Shown: positions 31,738 through 32,000 of the stretch, in pieces
Layout: each line of letters opens with the position of its first letter
How positions within the stretch are numbered: the stretch's first letter is position 1
Assembly: GCF_000008305.1 (NCBI RefSeq)
Contig: NC_006055.1
Span: 240,001-272,000 of the forward strand
DNA from: Mesoplasma florum L1
GTDB lineage: Bacteria > Bacillota_I > Bacilli_A > Mycoplasmatales > Mycoplasmataceae
Reading direction: 5' to 3'
DNA: 32,000 nucleotides
The notes under the pieces: generated by a model
Database searches by the model: none
Told to the model about the DNA's origin: nothing
What the model saw: only the letters and a program-made list of their open reading frames with translations
Position numbers and translations under genes: made by a program

Positions 31738-32000
31738 ATGAGAAAAATAAATGAATTAAACAATACAATTTCTTCAACTGATTTAGTTGTTAGAATTGAA
31801 AAAGTTATTATTTCAACAGCTACTAATGGTTCATCTTATATCATTTTAAATTTATCAGATAAAACTGGTAGAATTGAAGCTAGAAAATGAACAGTAACTG
31901 AAGAAGATAAACAATTGTTACAACCAAATGCTTTTATTTTATTTAAGAATGCTGCTGTTAACGAATTTAGAGGCGTATTACAGCTTAAAGTTAGTGATTA
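31738..32000 (+). CDS. yhaM: YhaM-like 3'-5' exoribonuclease, N-terminal OB-fold part (truncated by the window end)
   Basis: ATG follows AAGGAG. ...NGSSYIILNLSDKTGRIEARKWTVTEED...EFRGVLQLKV parallels the OB-fold N-terminus of Bacillus YhaM (G-x-IEAK-x-W ... YRG..QLK). The HD domain would lie beyond the window. Confidence 0.65.

Overview
This is a very AT-rich, tightly packed chromosomal segment from a wall-less Mollicute (Mycoplasmatota; Mesoplasma/Entomoplasma/Mycoplasma-like) that reads TGA as Trp (translation table 4). The supplied ORF track treats TGA as a stop. As a result most real genes appear as 2-5 fragments, and three (trmB, pstS, rpmB) are missing entirely. Reading through in-frame TGA, I reconstruct 30 CDS, one tmRNA (ssrA) and one tRNA-Leu(CAA), plus 14 intrinsic terminators and six sigma-70-type promoters. 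The content is almost entirely core housekeeping: add, a beta-lactamase-fold serine hydrolase, ssrA, mgtE, trmB, prpC-prkC-rsgA-rpe-thiN, rpmB, asp23-fakA, plsX-rnc, smc, pstS-pstCA-pstB-phoU, ftsY-ylxM-ymdB, metK, pepO, trmFO-ung and yhaM. The gene order is a compacted version of the Bacillus prpC...rpmB...plsX...rnc-smc-ftsY-ylxM neighbourhood. I see no CRISPR array, IS/transposase, integrase, prophage, restriction-modification or recognisable defence or toxin genes, and I cannot honestly point to a clear novel multi-gene system. Unexplained biology is limited to three lineage-specific orphan genes (5006..6349, 10504..10941, 11190..11933), some unusual pst features, and a recurrent 8-nt ATGAnTAA gene junction. 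These are reported with modest interest scores.
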